A stretch of 64,000 nucleotides of DNA, from contig NC_082727.1 in assembly GCF_030144855.1 (NCBI RefSeq), positions 41,974,001-42,038,000 on the forward strand, read 5' to 3'. The DNA is from Hypanus sabinus (Eukaryota). Shown one piece after another: positions 62,463 to 64,000 of this stretch. Within the stretch, counting starts at the first letter, position 1. Each line of letters opens with the position of its first letter. The translations under genes and the position numbers were made by a program. Below the pieces are notes generated by a model that saw nothing but the letters and a program-made list of their open reading frames with translations, was not told the origin of the DNA and did no database searches.

Positions 62463-62640
62463 TCATAAACACAAGAGATTCTGCATTTAAGCTGGAAATC
62501 CAGAGCACCACTCACAAAATGCTGGAGGAAGACAGCAGTGTTTCAGGTCATGATGAAGGGTCTTGGCCAGAAATGTTGATTCTTTATTCCTCTACATAGA
62601 TGCTGCCTGACCTGTTCATCCAGCATTTTGTGTGTGTGTT
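62463..62640 (+). mobile_element. Miniature Penelope-derived inverted-repeat element enclosing a hammerhead remnant (62545-62582)
   Basis: cacaaaatgctgga...tccagcattttgtg arms around aggtc-ATGATGA-agggtcttggcca-GAAA-tgtt-gattc. Confidence 0.7.
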
Positions 62641-63811
62641 AATATGAAGATTCATTTCAAATTCATTTCAAATTTAATTAATTCCAGCTGAAGTAGTTTG
62701 TGATGTTTCAAGATCATGTGCTGAAAGCCTGTAAACAAAGAAAGTTATCTTTTAACCTTGTGCTCTAGTGGTGGATGAACTCTTCTCTTCTTCCTGAATT
62801 AAAGGTGCTATAGTTTGTGTTACAAATAGTTGTGAACTGTCCATTTTGCTGCAGATATTTCCAGACACATCTGTTTTACGATGACTTCTACTCTGCCTCT
62901 GGATTTTCAATTGAATAATCTTTTGATAGTGCTTTGGAAGGCAGTAAACAAGGTCATTAATCTACACTATAGATGAGTTGTGTTCTACTGCAATAAATTC
63001 AGTTTGGAAAGGGCAGTAAGCACTAGAAAATAAATTTTGTTGTTTTATGTATTGTGTTAACCTCTTGCATACCAAATGTCCTCTTCTGCTTCATGCAATA
63101 TACCGTAAATATGATTTCATTACATCATCAAAATATTGCTTTATTAAATTTATTCAGCATTTCCAAAGCAGACTTAGAATGGGTCGGAAAGCTTGCTGTA
63201 GACTCACAGCAGCCTGAATATGATATAAATTTTGTCTACTGCTGTTATACATGCAAATAAATATCCCTTAACTATCACAATGTAGAAATATTGTGCACTG
63301 CTGATTTGAAAGAATCGGAACTTCATATCTATTCCGTAATCAACACCTGTGTTACAGATTATCTTGGTATTATCACATCCCTTCTTTTGAGAATTGGCTG
63401 TCCCGTTCCCAACACTACAGCGGTGCCCACACATAAAAAAACATTTCATGGGTTGTTCTGATGTCATATGCAAATGAAAGTCTTTTTGCCATGTCTTTCA
63501 TCTAAGCTAGTTCCCAGGATGTAGATGTCACTGGTATTTATTATGGCTACTCAAATAACTTGATGTGAGAAAGAGGTCAGGAGCCAGGCACATTGACACT
63601 GGTCCAGAGTCACGTGCAGGCCAGACTGCATAAGGGCAGCAGACTTCCTTCTTGAAAGTACATTTTTTAACGATAATCCAACAGATTCAAGGTTGCAATT
63701 GTTGGTTTGCTTAGTAACTTGAATTTATATTGCCCAGTTTCAATGCAAGGATTCAGCCTCACATCTGTAATTCAAAAGGGTATTCTACTTTTTCTCTGGA
63801 CTTTCAAAGAA

Positions 63812-63920
63812 CACAGAACATAGAAATCTACAGCACATTGCAGGCCATTCGGCCCACAATGTTGTGCCAACCACGTAACCTACTCTAGAAACTGCCTAGA
63901 ATTTCCCTACCTCATAGCCC
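63812..63920 (-). mobile_element. CR1-type 3' end fragment
   Basis: gaacatagaaatctacagcac...caggccattcggcccacaatg resembles the CR1 tails elsewhere in the window. Confidence 0.6.
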
Positions 63921-64000
63921 TTTAATTCAATTAGAGCACAGATCCAGTAATATAACCTTTAACCTAAGAACACATGTCCTGTAATACATCTATGCTACCA

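Noticed and set aside
1-64000. rRNA, genuine tRNA genes, snoRNAs, CRISPR arrays
   Set aside because: None seen. tRNA-like A/B boxes belong to SINE heads, and the TGATGA...CTGA pairs lack snoRNA terminal stems and spacing.

Overview
Vertebrate genomic DNA, most likely a cartilaginous fish (ray or shark). That assignment is inferred from the repeat families and the TdT sequence. The window is largely non-coding and dense in repeats. The only host coding sequence I can support is one 133-bp internal exon of terminal deoxynucleotidyl transferase (DNTT/TdT) at 4913-5045 (+), reading GFLYYEDIIQAVSKTEAEAVGQMIQDITRECTSVAQVTLTGGFRR. I could not find by eye the downstream exons carrying the catalytic aspartates in the remaining ~59 kb. 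The rest is a layered transposon landscape. It includes a near-intact CR1 LINE (esterase-type ORF1, ORF2 broken by one stop) and a second decayed CR1. There is a full-length L1 with a 13-bp TSD, many Rex/Babar-type LINE pieces (one lacking its endonuclease), and Penelope-like elements and derivatives carrying decayed hammerhead-ribozyme motifs. A Gypsy remnant, several solo LTRs, mariner/Tc1/Tigger remnants and tRNA-derived SINEs complete the set. The most interesting observations are the apparently orphaned TdT exon, a shared intron-like architecture in the 5' UTR of both CR1 families, the Penelope hammerhead motifs, a 118-bp templated insertion, an RFX palindrome in a CpG-retaining patch, and a CTCF motif carried by an LTR. 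Repeat boundaries are approximate unless a TSD or TIR is quoted. No searches or alignments were run.
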